Shown piece after piece: positions 17,833 to 26,442 of a stretch of DNA of 54,138 nt (the first letter of the stretch is position 1; each line of letters begins with the position of its first letter). Location: positions 1-54,138 of the forward strand of contig JAZRNG010000098.1 of NCBI GenBank assembly GCA_045648065.1, read 5' to 3'. A model generated the notes under the pieces. It did not search any database. It had not been told where the DNA came from and saw only the letters and a list, made by a program, of their open reading frames with translations. The position numbers and the translations under genes are program-made. The DNA comes from Acutalibacteraceae bacterium (GTDB lineage: Bacteria > Bacillota > Clostridia > Oscillospirales > Acutalibacteraceae).

Positions 17833-17862
17833 AATTATACAAAAGAAATATTTTGTATAATT
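17833..17862. repeat. perfect 12-bp-arm palindrome just upstream of the -35
   Basis: aattatacaaaa-gaaata-ttttgtataatt. Confidence 0.8.
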
Positions 17863-17880
17863 AAGGGGAGAGAAAACAAT

Positions 17881-17917
17881 AAAAATACCGATATGATACA
17901 TTATAATCGGTATTTTT
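17881..17917 (-). terminator. bidirectional-shape terminator after the 256-aa gene
   Basis: aaaaataccgat / atcggtattttt arms. Confidence 0.75.
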
Positions 17918-17929
17918 ATATAAAAGTAT

Positions 17930-18700
17930 TTATTTCTTCTGTAATATTGGTATTATTCCACCTATATCAATCAGCGGTCCATCAGTTAACTCAATATATC
18001 TGATGTTATGTTTTATCAGAAATCTTTTTATTCTGTCACATTCAGTATGTGCTTCCAATTTACCTGTAAATGCAATGAGATCTTTATCAAGCATCCCGTA
18101 TGTTCCACCAATGAAGCCATAATCACGATTCTTTAATCTGACTGATCCTTTATTAATATATAAACAATCCAATCCGTTAAGTAATGCTGATTTATATATT
18201 GAGTCATCGTCTGTAATTATTGAATAATCGTTCACTACAACTACCGAGCATGCAGCATAACCTTGATTAACATGAACAAGCTGATACGAGTTAAGATCAG
18301 CAAATTTTCGGATTGAGTTATCAATATATCTTGTATTGCATATAACTTTGTCAGATATGACAGTTGCATTCAACAACACGTCTCCCGGATAAGGTGAAGC
18401 AGGTTCACATTCAGAACCTATAATATTAATATCATTTAATAAACCAAAATTTGTTAAATAATTAACAATAGGTTGTTTAAGACTGTTGTCAACTATAAAA
18501 CTATCATCATTCAACTGCAGAATTCTGCAATCAGCATGAGTCGATATATCGTCAGTAAGTTCGGAACTGCACGGCACCAGAATAACATCAACGTTAAATT
18601 TATTTTTAAGCGCTTCGATAATTTCTGGGTATTCAGATGAAACCAATACAGTAAGCACCGTATTATCCGGTAAACGAGGCCTAACAGGAAGCTTTTTCAA
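17930..18700 (-). CDS. uncharacterised conserved-looking protein (256 aa)
   Basis: Soluble, with no motif I can assign. 14 nt downstream of radA, with its own terminator. Confidence 0.5.
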   Translation of the reverse strand: MKKLPVRPRLPDNTVLTVLVSSEYPEIIEALKNKFNVDVILVPCSSELTDDISTHADCRILQLNDDSFIVDNSLKQPIVNYLTNFGLLNDINIIGSECEPASPYPGDVLLNATVISDKVICNTRYIDNSIRKFADLNSYQLVHVNQGYAACSVVVVNDYSIITDDDSIYKSALLNGLDCLYINKGSVRLKNRDYGFIGGTYGMLDKDLIAFTGKLEAHTECDRIKRFLIKHNIRYIELTDGPLIDIGGIIPILQKK

Positions 18701-18714
18701 TTCCCTCTCCCCTT

Positions 18715-20085
18715 TTATATACCTGCATCATATGCAGCTCGGATTGTTCTTGCAGGAACAACCTCAACCAAAGATTTGACCGAATCATTAAGATTCTTAT
18801 AATTATGGTAAGGTACTATGCATTTTTTAAAGCCAAGGCGCGATGCTTCTTTAATTCTTTGCTCACAGCTACCTATTGAACGGATTTCACCACCCAGACC
18901 TATCTCGCCAAATGCAATAACATCGTCTCTTATAGGCTCATCCTTTAAGCTTGATATCAACGCAAGAGCTACTGACAAATCTGAAGCAGGTTCGTACAGC
19001 TTCAATCCTCCGACAACATTAATATAAACATCTGTATTAGCAAAGAAAAAACCTGCACGTTTTTCAAGTACAGCCAGAAGCATAGAAAGCCTGTTATAAT
19101 CAAATCCGTTTGATGTTCTTCGGGGATTTCCGAAACCACTTGAAGTAACAAGTGCCTGTACTTCAGCCAAAATAGGACGCGAACCTTCCATAAGGCAGGC
19201 TACACAGGAGCCTGAAGTGTTTTTAGGTCTGCCGGAGATCATCATCTGTGACGGGTTCTCCACTTCAGATAAACCGTTATCTTTCATTTCAAATACGCCT
19301 ATTTCATTTGTAGAACCGTATCTGTTTTTAACTGCTCTTAAAATTCTGTAAGATAAATGACGTTCACCTTCAAAATAGAGAACAGCATCAACTATATGCT
19401 CAAGCACTTTGGGTCCGGCGATATTACCATCTTTATTAACATGTCCTACAACTATCGTAGGAATATTAAGCGATTTCGCAGTCTGCATGAGACAATTTGT
19501 ACACTCACGTACCTGAGCTACACTTCCGAGCGAAGAGTTCAACTCAGTAAAGTTCATCGTCTGAATAGAGTCAATTATTACGAGATCAGGCTGAGAAGAT
19601 TTCATATATTCGCTTATAACCTGAATATCAGTTTCACAAAAGACAAAGAGATTATCGGTATCGACTCCTAATCTGCCTGCTCTGAGCTTTATCTGATGAG
19701 CCGATTCTTCACCTGAGACATACAGGATTTTCAGCGTCCTACCAAGATACTGACATATCTGAAGAAGAATAGTTGATTTACCGATACCGGGATCACCGCT
19801 GAGCAGAACGAGTGAACCCTTTACGATACCGCCGCCGAGGACTCTGTCAAGTTCTTTCAGACCTGTCGTATATCGTACTTCACCGTCGCAGGTGATCTCA
19901 TTGATTCTTTTGACAGAAGATGTCAGTGCTGACGTAGATTTTAAAACCTTATTCTGCTTCTCCGTTGACTTAAATACTTCAATCATAGTGTTCCATTCGC
20001 TGCAACCTGGACAGCATCCGAACCACTTGGCACTTTCGTATCCACATTCAGAACATACATATACATTTTTTGCTTTTGAAGCCAT
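18715..20085 (-). CDS. radA: DNA repair protein RadA/Sms
   Basis: Zinc finger CSECGYESAKWFGCCPGC, Walker A GDPGIGKST, KNRYGSTNEIGVFEM, Lon-protease-like C-terminal domain. Confidence 0.93.
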   Translation of the reverse strand: MASKAKNVYVCSECGYESAKWFGCCPGCSEWNTMIEVFKSTEKQNKVLKSTSALTSSVKRINEITCDGEVRYTTGLKELDRVLGGGIVKGSLVLLSGDPGIGKSTILLQICQYLGRTLKILYVSGEESAHQIKLRAGRLGVDTDNLFVFCETDIQVISEYMKSSQPDLVIIDSIQTMNFTELNSSLGSVAQVRECTNCLMQTAKSLNIPTIVVGHVNKDGNIAGPKVLEHIVDAVLYFEGERHLSYRILRAVKNRYGSTNEIGVFEMKDNGLSEVENPSQMMISGRPKNTSGSCVACLMEGSRPILAEVQALVTSSGFGNPRRTSNGFDYNRLSMLLAVLEKRAGFFFANTDVYINVVGGLKLYEPASDLSVALALISSLKDEPIRDDVIAFGEIGLGGEIRSIGSCEQRIKEASRLGFKKCIVPYHNYKNLNDSVKSLVEVVPARTIRAAYDAGI

Positions 20086-20089
20086 AATA

Positions 20090-20806
20090 TCACCTTTGAA
20101 ATCTGTATTTTACAATACCGTCTGCTATAAGCAATGCTATTTTGAATCTATAGTTTTCATCCTTAAGTAACGATAAATCATTTTCATTTGATAAAAATCC
20201 GCATTCAACCAATACCGCAGGGTTCACTGAATGGTACAAAAGATAAATTTCTGTTCCTGCTTTCTTGGTTAAGCGTTTATTATCTTTTTGGAGGTTATTT
20301 ACAATTGACTCCTGAATTGAGTCAGCGAGATCCTTGCTTCTTAAATTATTTTTGGAATAAAAAACCTGAGTACCATTTTGTTTTATATCCTGAAAATTAT
20401 TTTGATGAATACTCACGAAAACAGCTTCCGGATAACGCTTAATAAGCTTTAATCTATTTTTAATATCCGATACCTTTTTAGCTCTTTGTGTGTTCAGACC
20501 ATCATCACAGGTCATTTTATCAACAGTTCTTGTCATGATAACTTCAAATCCATACAACTTTAATATATTTTCCAGTTTTAAAGCTATATCAAGATTAAAA
20601 TCTTTTTCAGGCGATCCATCAAGAGCAACAGCACCACCATCTTCTCCCCCATGACCCGCATCTACGATAACCGTGAATTTACTGTTGTTCACATCATTTG
20701 AACCTGTCTCAGCCAACCTTCTGCTGCTGAGTAAAACAGATATAAAAGTAAATAATAATACAAACAAAAGAATCACACACAGTAATTTCAGATAAAACCT
20801 CTTCAT
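20090..20806 (-). CDS. cwlD: N-acetylmuramoyl-L-alanine amidase, CwlD-like (spore cortex)
   Basis: N-terminal TM segment, VIVDAGHGGEDGGAV, SIHQN, ECGFLSN. Length and layout match CwlD. ATG at 20806 follows GGGGTG. Confidence 0.75.
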   Translation of the reverse strand: MKRFYLKLLCVILLFVLLFTFISVLLSSRRLAETGSNDVNNSKFTVIVDAGHGGEDGGAVALDGSPEKDFNLDIALKLENILKLYGFEVIMTRTVDKMTCDDGLNTQRAKKVSDIKNRLKLIKRYPEAVFVSIHQNNFQDIKQNGTQVFYSKNNLRSKDLADSIQESIVNNLQKDNKRLTKKAGTEIYLLYHSVNPAVLVECGFLSNENDLSLLKDENYRFKIALLIADGIVKYRFQR

Positions 20807-20848
20807 AAAAGCACCCCACATAGAACATTATGCAGGAGATAAGATTAT

Positions 20849-21199
20849 ATGAAAAAATTCAAAGAAATAACAGGAGCGATCATTATAGGTATAGTCAATT
20901 CTGTTGTCGGTTCAGGCGGCGGAATACTTGCTGTTGAGAATCTGAGTAAAATCGGATTGTCTGTCAAAAAATCTCATGCAACAGCTATATCGGTTATATT
21001 ACCACTGACTATAATCAATGCATTAATTTACTACCGTAAAGGCTATATAGATGTAATTAACTCCATTATTTATATAATACCGGGTATTTTGGGGGCATTA
21101 TTTGGAGCAAAAATTATGTTAAAAATCAAAGAAAACTTACTCAGCAAAGCTTTTGCTGTTTTTATTATTTACGCGGGATTGAGGATGTTTTTGAAATGA
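20849..21199 (+). CDS. half-size TSUP (TauE/SafE) family membrane protein, N-terminal-type half
   Basis: 116 aa, 4 TM segments, Gly-rich VGSGGGILAV motif. Confidence 0.65.
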   Translation: MKKFKEITGAIIIGIVNSVVGSGGGILAVENLSKIGLSVKKSHATAISVILPLTIINALIYYRKGYIDVINSIIYIIPGILGALFGAKIMLKIKENLLSKAFAVFIIYAGLRMFLK

Positions 21200-21558
21200 T
21201 TACAGATATTATTGCAGGATTTTTATCCGGTATAGCTGGAGCAATGGGCATTGGCGGTGGTAGTATACTGATTCTGTATCTTACTTTATATAAAGATATA
21301 CCTCAATTACACGCTCAGGGAATAAATTTATTGTTTTTCATTCCGTCTGCAGTTGCAGCACTATTAAAACACAACAAGAATAATCTCGTAGAATGGAAAA
21401 TTACTAAAACTTACATTTTTTACGGGAGCGTTGGGGTCATTATAGGCTACGTATTAATCAGCGTATTAAATCAAGATGTTATAGGAAAAATATTTGCAAT
21501 TATACTTGTATCAACCGGAATAAAAGAACTATTTTTTAAAAATAAAAAAAGAGGATAA
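21196..21558 (+). CDS. half-size TSUP (TauE/SafE) family membrane protein, second half
   Basis: 120 aa, 4 TM segments, GAMGIGGGSILIL. ATGA overlap with the preceding half. Confidence 0.65.
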   Translation: MITDIIAGFLSGIAGAMGIGGGSILILYLTLYKDIPQLHAQGINLLFFIPSAVAALLKHNKNNLVEWKITKTYIFYGSVGVIIGYVLISVLNQDVIGKIFAIILVSTGIKELFFKNKKRG

Positions 21559-22389
21559 TTCACCTTTTGATACTCTGCAGACAACTAAATCAATCAGCAC
21601 TTTTATCAATATTCCAAAATAAAATCCAATAACATTAAGAATAAAATCATCTATATCCGGATGACCGTTACCTAACAGAAACTGAGAAAGTTCAATTAAA
21701 AAGCTAAGAATCACGGGAAATGTAATAAGAAGCCCTTTCTTTTTTGTAAAGACTGACAGTAAAATACCCAATGGTAAAAATATTGCGATATTACCTAAAA
21801 ATAAGAATAGCAATTCATAATCAATATATCCTTGTGAAAAAGTAAAAATCATCATTGCAAATGGTTTAAGATTTACTTCAGGTCTTTCAAAAGTAATCGT
21901 TCTTATGATAAAAAAAGAATACAGAAGAATAAGTGCATAGAAGGCAAGAAATCCTGATGTTGCCATCTTTATGAAATCACTATAATTATCAACAAAAATC
22001 TTATCTTTTCTTTTAACCAAAAGTTTGATTATAAAATACAGTATGTAAGTAAACCATACTACACATATCAACGCTGGTCTGTCGTAATAAAATAATTGAT
22101 ACCACTTAAAAGAAAAATCATTGTGAGAAATATGGAAAATCAGTTGTTTTGCGACCGCAAGAACAGTCCAAAACACAATCATTCCAATCAATGACCGTGC
22201 AAATACAATAGGTTTTGGTTTAAGAATCACATCCAGAAGTAACACAACAACTGTACCGATAAAAATCGTAACCAAAACCTGTAACACTAAGTTACCTATT
22301 AATTTGTATCCCGGCAAAACTGAAACCGTAACAGCTGATGTACATATCACATGAATCAAAATATCTTTAATTCTTTGATCCTTAAGCAT
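21529..22389 (-). CDS. VanZ-like family membrane protein
   Basis: C-terminal LSQFLLGNGHPDIDDFILNVIGFYFG (VanZ signature) after about 6 extra TM segments. ATG at 22389 overlaps the ruvX stop. Confidence 0.65.
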   Translation of the reverse strand: MLKDQRIKDILIHVICTSAVTVSVLPGYKLIGNLVLQVLVTIFIGTVVVLLLDVILKPKPIVFARSLIGMIVFWTVLAVAKQLIFHISHNDFSFKWYQLFYYDRPALICVVWFTYILYFIIKLLVKRKDKIFVDNYSDFIKMATSGFLAFYALILLYSFFIIRTITFERPEVNLKPFAMMIFTFSQGYIDYELLFLFLGNIAIFLPLGILLSVFTKKKGLLITFPVILSFLIELSQFLLGNGHPDIDDFILNVIGFYFGILIKVLIDLVVCRVSKGELSSFFIFKK

Positions 22390-22804
22390 TAAAATTTCTC
22401 CTGTAATCAAGATAGGATTGTAATATGATAGTTGCTGCAACAGCATCAACCACATTTTTACGTTTTTTGCCGCGAGTATTAGTTTCGTTCAAATAATTGT
22501 GTGCCGAAACTGTAGTTAATCGTTCGTCCCACAAGACACATTTAATGCCTGATGAATTTTCGAGTTCTTCTGAAAATTCTTTGCATTTCTGTGCTCTCGA
22601 TCCCTCAGAAGCATCCATATTTTTAGGATATCCGACTACAATCAAATCAGGTTTTTTATCATTAATTATATTAAGAATTCGTGTAATTACTTTCGGCATA
22701 TAAGTTTCGGTGATTACTTCAACAGGAAATGCAAAAGTTTCGAGGCGATCGCTGACAGCTATGCCCGTCCTTACATCTCCGTAATCAACTGACATAATTA
22801 TCAT
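22382..22804 (-). CDS. ruvX: YqgF/RuvX putative pre-16S rRNA nuclease
   Basis: SVDYGDVRTGIAVSD, VGYPKNMDAS, DERLTTVSA. Confidence 0.88.
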   Translation of the reverse strand: MIIMSVDYGDVRTGIAVSDRLETFAFPVEVITETYMPKVITRILNIINDKKPDLIVVGYPKNMDASEGSRAQKCKEFSEELENSSGIKCVLWDERLTTVSAHNYLNETNTRGKKRKNVVDAVAATIILQSYLDYRRNFNA

Positions 22805-22828
22805 ATGACCGCCTCCATATTTCAGTTA

Positions 22829-25090
22829 TTAATTTTCTTCGGAACCATCATTATTTTCGCCTCCACCTGAAGGTGTATCAGGGGTTGACGGTGTTGGAGT
22901 TTCCTGTGGTTTCTCGTTTGTCTGATTATTATTCTGAGAACTATTTGAACCAGAGCTGCTTCCCGAGTCATTATCAGAACTACTCGATGAGTAGTGACCG
23001 TAACAGTATGACGGTAAGTGCTCCTCAATATACCAACCGGCAGCCTTTGATGAACAATTAGAAGTTGCTAATTTACCTGTATAAGTACAGTAATACTTCT
23101 TTACTACTTCACTGGTGTCCTCAAATTCTTTCTCAGCCAATCCTTCATGAATCTCATCCATAACAGTTTTGTATATTGTACCGGCCGGATTTCCGGAAGT
23201 GTGAATAGTCTTCGGAATATCATATCCATACCATACTGCCGCAACATAATAAGGTGTACCGCCTACCATCCATTTATCGTAGTTGTTATCAGTTGTACCG
23301 GTTTTAGCAAAGTTATCAAAACCTTTGGTTTTGTAGTCGTAACCGGTACCATAAGATGCGGTGGTAACAGTTTCCATCATGTGACGCATAACATCAGCTG
23401 TTTCAGGTGAAATAATCTGCTCACCAGTATTCTTTCTATTATCAAGAATTACCTGTCCTTGTGAATTCTCAATATAATAATACGAATACGGCTCATAGTA
23501 CAAACCTCCGTTGCCGAATGATGCATATGCAGCAGTCATATCAAGAGAAGTAATACCGACATTCATTGAGCCAACTACAAGCGGTGCCGGATTATCATCT
23601 TCACCGTCAACAGTCGTTGAAATGTGGAACTTATTCTTGACATAATCATAAGCAACATCAGTAGTTACAGAATTTACACAGATTCTTGCGGGAACAGTAT
23701 TCAATGATTTAGCAAGAGCAACCTGGACAAGTGTATTACTTCCTGAGCCATGGTTACCGCTGTAATTCTTAGGCCATAACCTACCATTATAAGTGATAGA
23801 CGAGTCTCTGACATAGCTTGACCAGGTAATATGACCTAATTCGATTCCGGGTGCATATGAACTTAGAGGTTTAATAGTTGATCCCGGAGGTCTTGGCGAG
23901 TCCGAAGCACGGTTAAGAACACGATTACCTTCTTTTTCACCAGCCTGACCTATTATAGCCACAACTCTGCCGCTATAATCCATTATAGTCATAGATGACT
24001 GAGCCTTCTTATCAAGCCAGTTTGTTTTGTTTACATAGATTTTCTCAAGTTTTTTCTGAACTTCAAGATCGACAGCTGTGTAAATTTTCAGGCCACCGCC
24101 ATAGATCATATTGGTAGCTTCTCTGCTAGAATAACCTAATTCCTTCTGAAGATCGTCAATTACATCATCAATTACGAAGTCAACATAGAAACTCTGAACT
24201 TCTTTATTATTTGTTGCTTCTTTCTTATTTTTCTGACGCTCGATCTCAGCAGCAGAAGGAACATAATCATCATCAGTTGTAAAAATCAGATCATAGTTAA
24301 GAGCTTCCTCATACTGCTCTTCACTTATAATTCCCTGTGACTTCAATTCACTCAGACAATAAACCTGACGTTTTCTGTTTTCTTCAGGATTTTTAATAGG
24401 ATCGAGTGAATACGGCTTCTGTGTGATAGCTGCAATTACGGCACATTCAGCATAATTAAGCTCACCGGCAGTTTTACCAAAATAAGTCTCGGATGCTGTT
24501 TCGACACCATAGCATCCCTGTCCGAGATACAGTGTGTTCAGATAAGCTTCAAGAATCTGATCTTTACTGTAGTTTTTCTCAAGATTCAGAGCAGTAACGA
24601 TTTCATTATACTTTCTTACAAAAGTTACTTCATTATTACCGGTAACGTTCTTAACGAGCTGCTGAGTTATTGTTGATCCACCCTGACCTTCGTACTTGGA
24701 TACAACCATAACTCCTATTGTTCGTTTCCAGTCTACACCCTTATGATCATTGAATCTTTTATCTTCAAGTGCGATAAAAGCATCTCTCATATTCTGGGGT
24801 ATATCCTTAAGATCAACCCAGATTCTGTTTTCAGTGCCATGAAGTCTAAGTAATTCAATCTCATTACCGTCAACATCAGATGCATAAAGAAAAGATGTCT
24901 GGTTCTGATTGTTTTTGGCACTTTCAAGATCAATTACAGGGTCACCGTTTGTAACAGTAATAATATTTACAACAACATAGCCCACAACAATCAAAGCAGT
25001 AAGGCAAACTATAGATACAAGTGATATAATAGTCGCGCCAAAATTTGAAAGCTTTCGCTTGGTTTTATTTTTGCTTTTTCTTCCTGCCAT
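22829..25090 (-). CDS. class A penicillin-binding protein (PBP1A type)
   Basis: Transglycosylase motifs EDKRFNDHKGVD, GGSTITQQLVKN and RKYNEI. Transpeptidase motifs STIK, SGN and KTGTT. N-terminal TM anchor. Low-complexity S/N/P/T-rich tail of about 60 aa. Confidence 0.92.
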   Translation of the reverse strand: MAGRKSKNKTKRKLSNFGATIISLVSIVCLTALIVVGYVVVNIITVTNGDPVIDLESAKNNQNQTSFLYASDVDGNEIELLRLHGTENRIWVDLKDIPQNMRDAFIALEDKRFNDHKGVDWKRTIGVMVVSKYEGQGGSTITQQLVKNVTGNNEVTFVRKYNEIVTALNLEKNYSKDQILEAYLNTLYLGQGCYGVETASETYFGKTAGELNYAECAVIAAITQKPYSLDPIKNPEENRKRQVYCLSELKSQGIISEEQYEEALNYDLIFTTDDDYVPSAAEIERQKNKKEATNNKEVQSFYVDFVIDDVIDDLQKELGYSSREATNMIYGGGLKIYTAVDLEVQKKLEKIYVNKTNWLDKKAQSSMTIMDYSGRVVAIIGQAGEKEGNRVLNRASDSPRPPGSTIKPLSSYAPGIELGHITWSSYVRDSSITYNGRLWPKNYSGNHGSGSNTLVQVALAKSLNTVPARICVNSVTTDVAYDYVKNKFHISTTVDGEDDNPAPLVVGSMNVGITSLDMTAAYASFGNGGLYYEPYSYYYIENSQGQVILDNRKNTGEQIISPETADVMRHMMETVTTASYGTGYDYKTKGFDNFAKTGTTDNNYDKWMVGGTPYYVAAVWYGYDIPKTIHTSGNPAGTIYKTVMDEIHEGLAEKEFEDTSEVVKKYYCTYTGKLATSNCSSKAAGWYIEEHLPSYCYGHYSSSSSDNDSGSSSGSNSSQNNNQTNEKPQETPTPSTPDTPSGGGENNDGSEEN

Positions 25091-25107
25091 ACATACTCTC
25101 CTTTCCC

Positions 25108-26442
25108 TTATTTTCTGAGCTTACGAGCTAACTTAATCTTAAACTTACGTGCTTTTGGAACAAAATCGTTGTAAAGCATGAACTTAAAATTATTATTAAT
25201 CAGTGCATATTCACCGATAAATTCAATCAGATCAGAATTAAAGCTTGCTTTGAAATCACGAATACCTACAAAATCGTCGCGAACTTTAAACTGTCCGAGA
25301 GGAGCATTTACATCAGAAGGACGCTCGACTTCATCAACAAACACATAACCGAGGTCGTGTATGTCACATCCGCTCTCAACACTCTTTTTAAGTCTTAGAT
25401 AGTTAACATAGTGACTGGGTCTCGTTTCGTTTCTGAGAATATTTCTGCTTCCACCAAAGATACATCCTGCTATACCGTTAAATCTGATAGTAAGACCTGC
25501 AGCGACACAAAACCTCTCTTTGTCTGAAAACTCCTGAGCAAGTTTGAAGCGTTTCATATAATTATCAGTTTGCTGCTGAATAGCTTCATTTTCATTAGAA
25601 AGCTTTTTAAACTGCTTTTCGTTACAGTTCTCCATCTTTTTCAGGTTATCAGCTAACTGTCGGTCACGATCATCCTGAAGCTTTTTATCAACGGTTTTAT
25701 CGTAATAAACCAATGACAAATCCATATAATCTTTAAAAACCTTCATCAGATGAGTAACATAGTCCGAATTTCTTTCCATGAAATCATTTCTATCAGAAGT
25801 GTCACCCATTACCTGCATAAAATCATTCATCAGTGACGGATCTTTTTCAACATCATCATAAGTACAGATTTTTGAAGTAAGGCCTCGCTGATCGCCGATT
25901 CTGACACTGTAGCGTACACCTTTTTCACATTTTTTTATAATACTGTCAGCTGAATAGCTTTCACCGGTATCCTTATCTTTTAAAGGAATATAAAACTGTA
26001 CCGGTGCTTTATAAATATAATTCTCAACATTATGATTAAGTCTGAAACCATTTTTAATCATCATATTGTGAGCATCAAGACCGCTTTGCTGATTTTCGTT
26101 ATTAATTCTTAACGGTATATGAGGATCAGTCAATATTGCAGTTACTTTGTATTTTTTCATTTCACCCTTTATGAAATCAACAAAACTGCTGATCAGCTCG
26201 TCGTTCTCATAGTCACAGATGAAACCGTCCGGAATATACCATATAAGACCTGCCATAGGTAAATTTCTTCCGAGAATAAGACACTGAAATACACGTTCAT
26301 CAGATTTGTAACCAACGTAAAAATGTGAATTCCATGCCGGTTTTGCTTCCGGCCAGAGAGAGCACTGCATATAAGTTCCGCCGTTTTTGATCAGATACTC
26401 ATCAAAAGCCTTGAAATCTTTTTCTGATTCAAATCTATACAT
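25108..26442 (-). CDS. FemAB/FemX-family aminoacyl-tRNA-dependent peptidoglycan bridge transferase
   Basis: 444 aa. Two GNAT-like halves separated by a coiled-coil insert (KKLQDDRDRQLADNLKKMEN...QQQTDNYMKRF), as in FemA. Follows murE. Confidence 0.65.
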   Translation of the reverse strand: MYRFESEKDFKAFDEYLIKNGGTYMQCSLWPEAKPAWNSHFYVGYKSDERVFQCLILGRNLPMAGLIWYIPDGFICDYENDELISSFVDFIKGEMKKYKVTAILTDPHIPLRINNENQQSGLDAHNMMIKNGFRLNHNVENYIYKAPVQFYIPLKDKDTGESYSADSIIKKCEKGVRYSVRIGDQRGLTSKICTYDDVEKDPSLMNDFMQVMGDTSDRNDFMERNSDYVTHLMKVFKDYMDLSLVYYDKTVDKKLQDDRDRQLADNLKKMENCNEKQFKKLSNENEAIQQQTDNYMKRFKLAQEFSDKERFCVAAGLTIRFNGIAGCIFGGSRNILRNETRPSHYVNYLRLKKSVESGCDIHDLGYVFVDEVERPSDVNAPLGQFKVRDDFVGIRDFKASFNSDLIEFIGEYALINNNFKFMLYNDFVPKARKFKIKLARKLRK

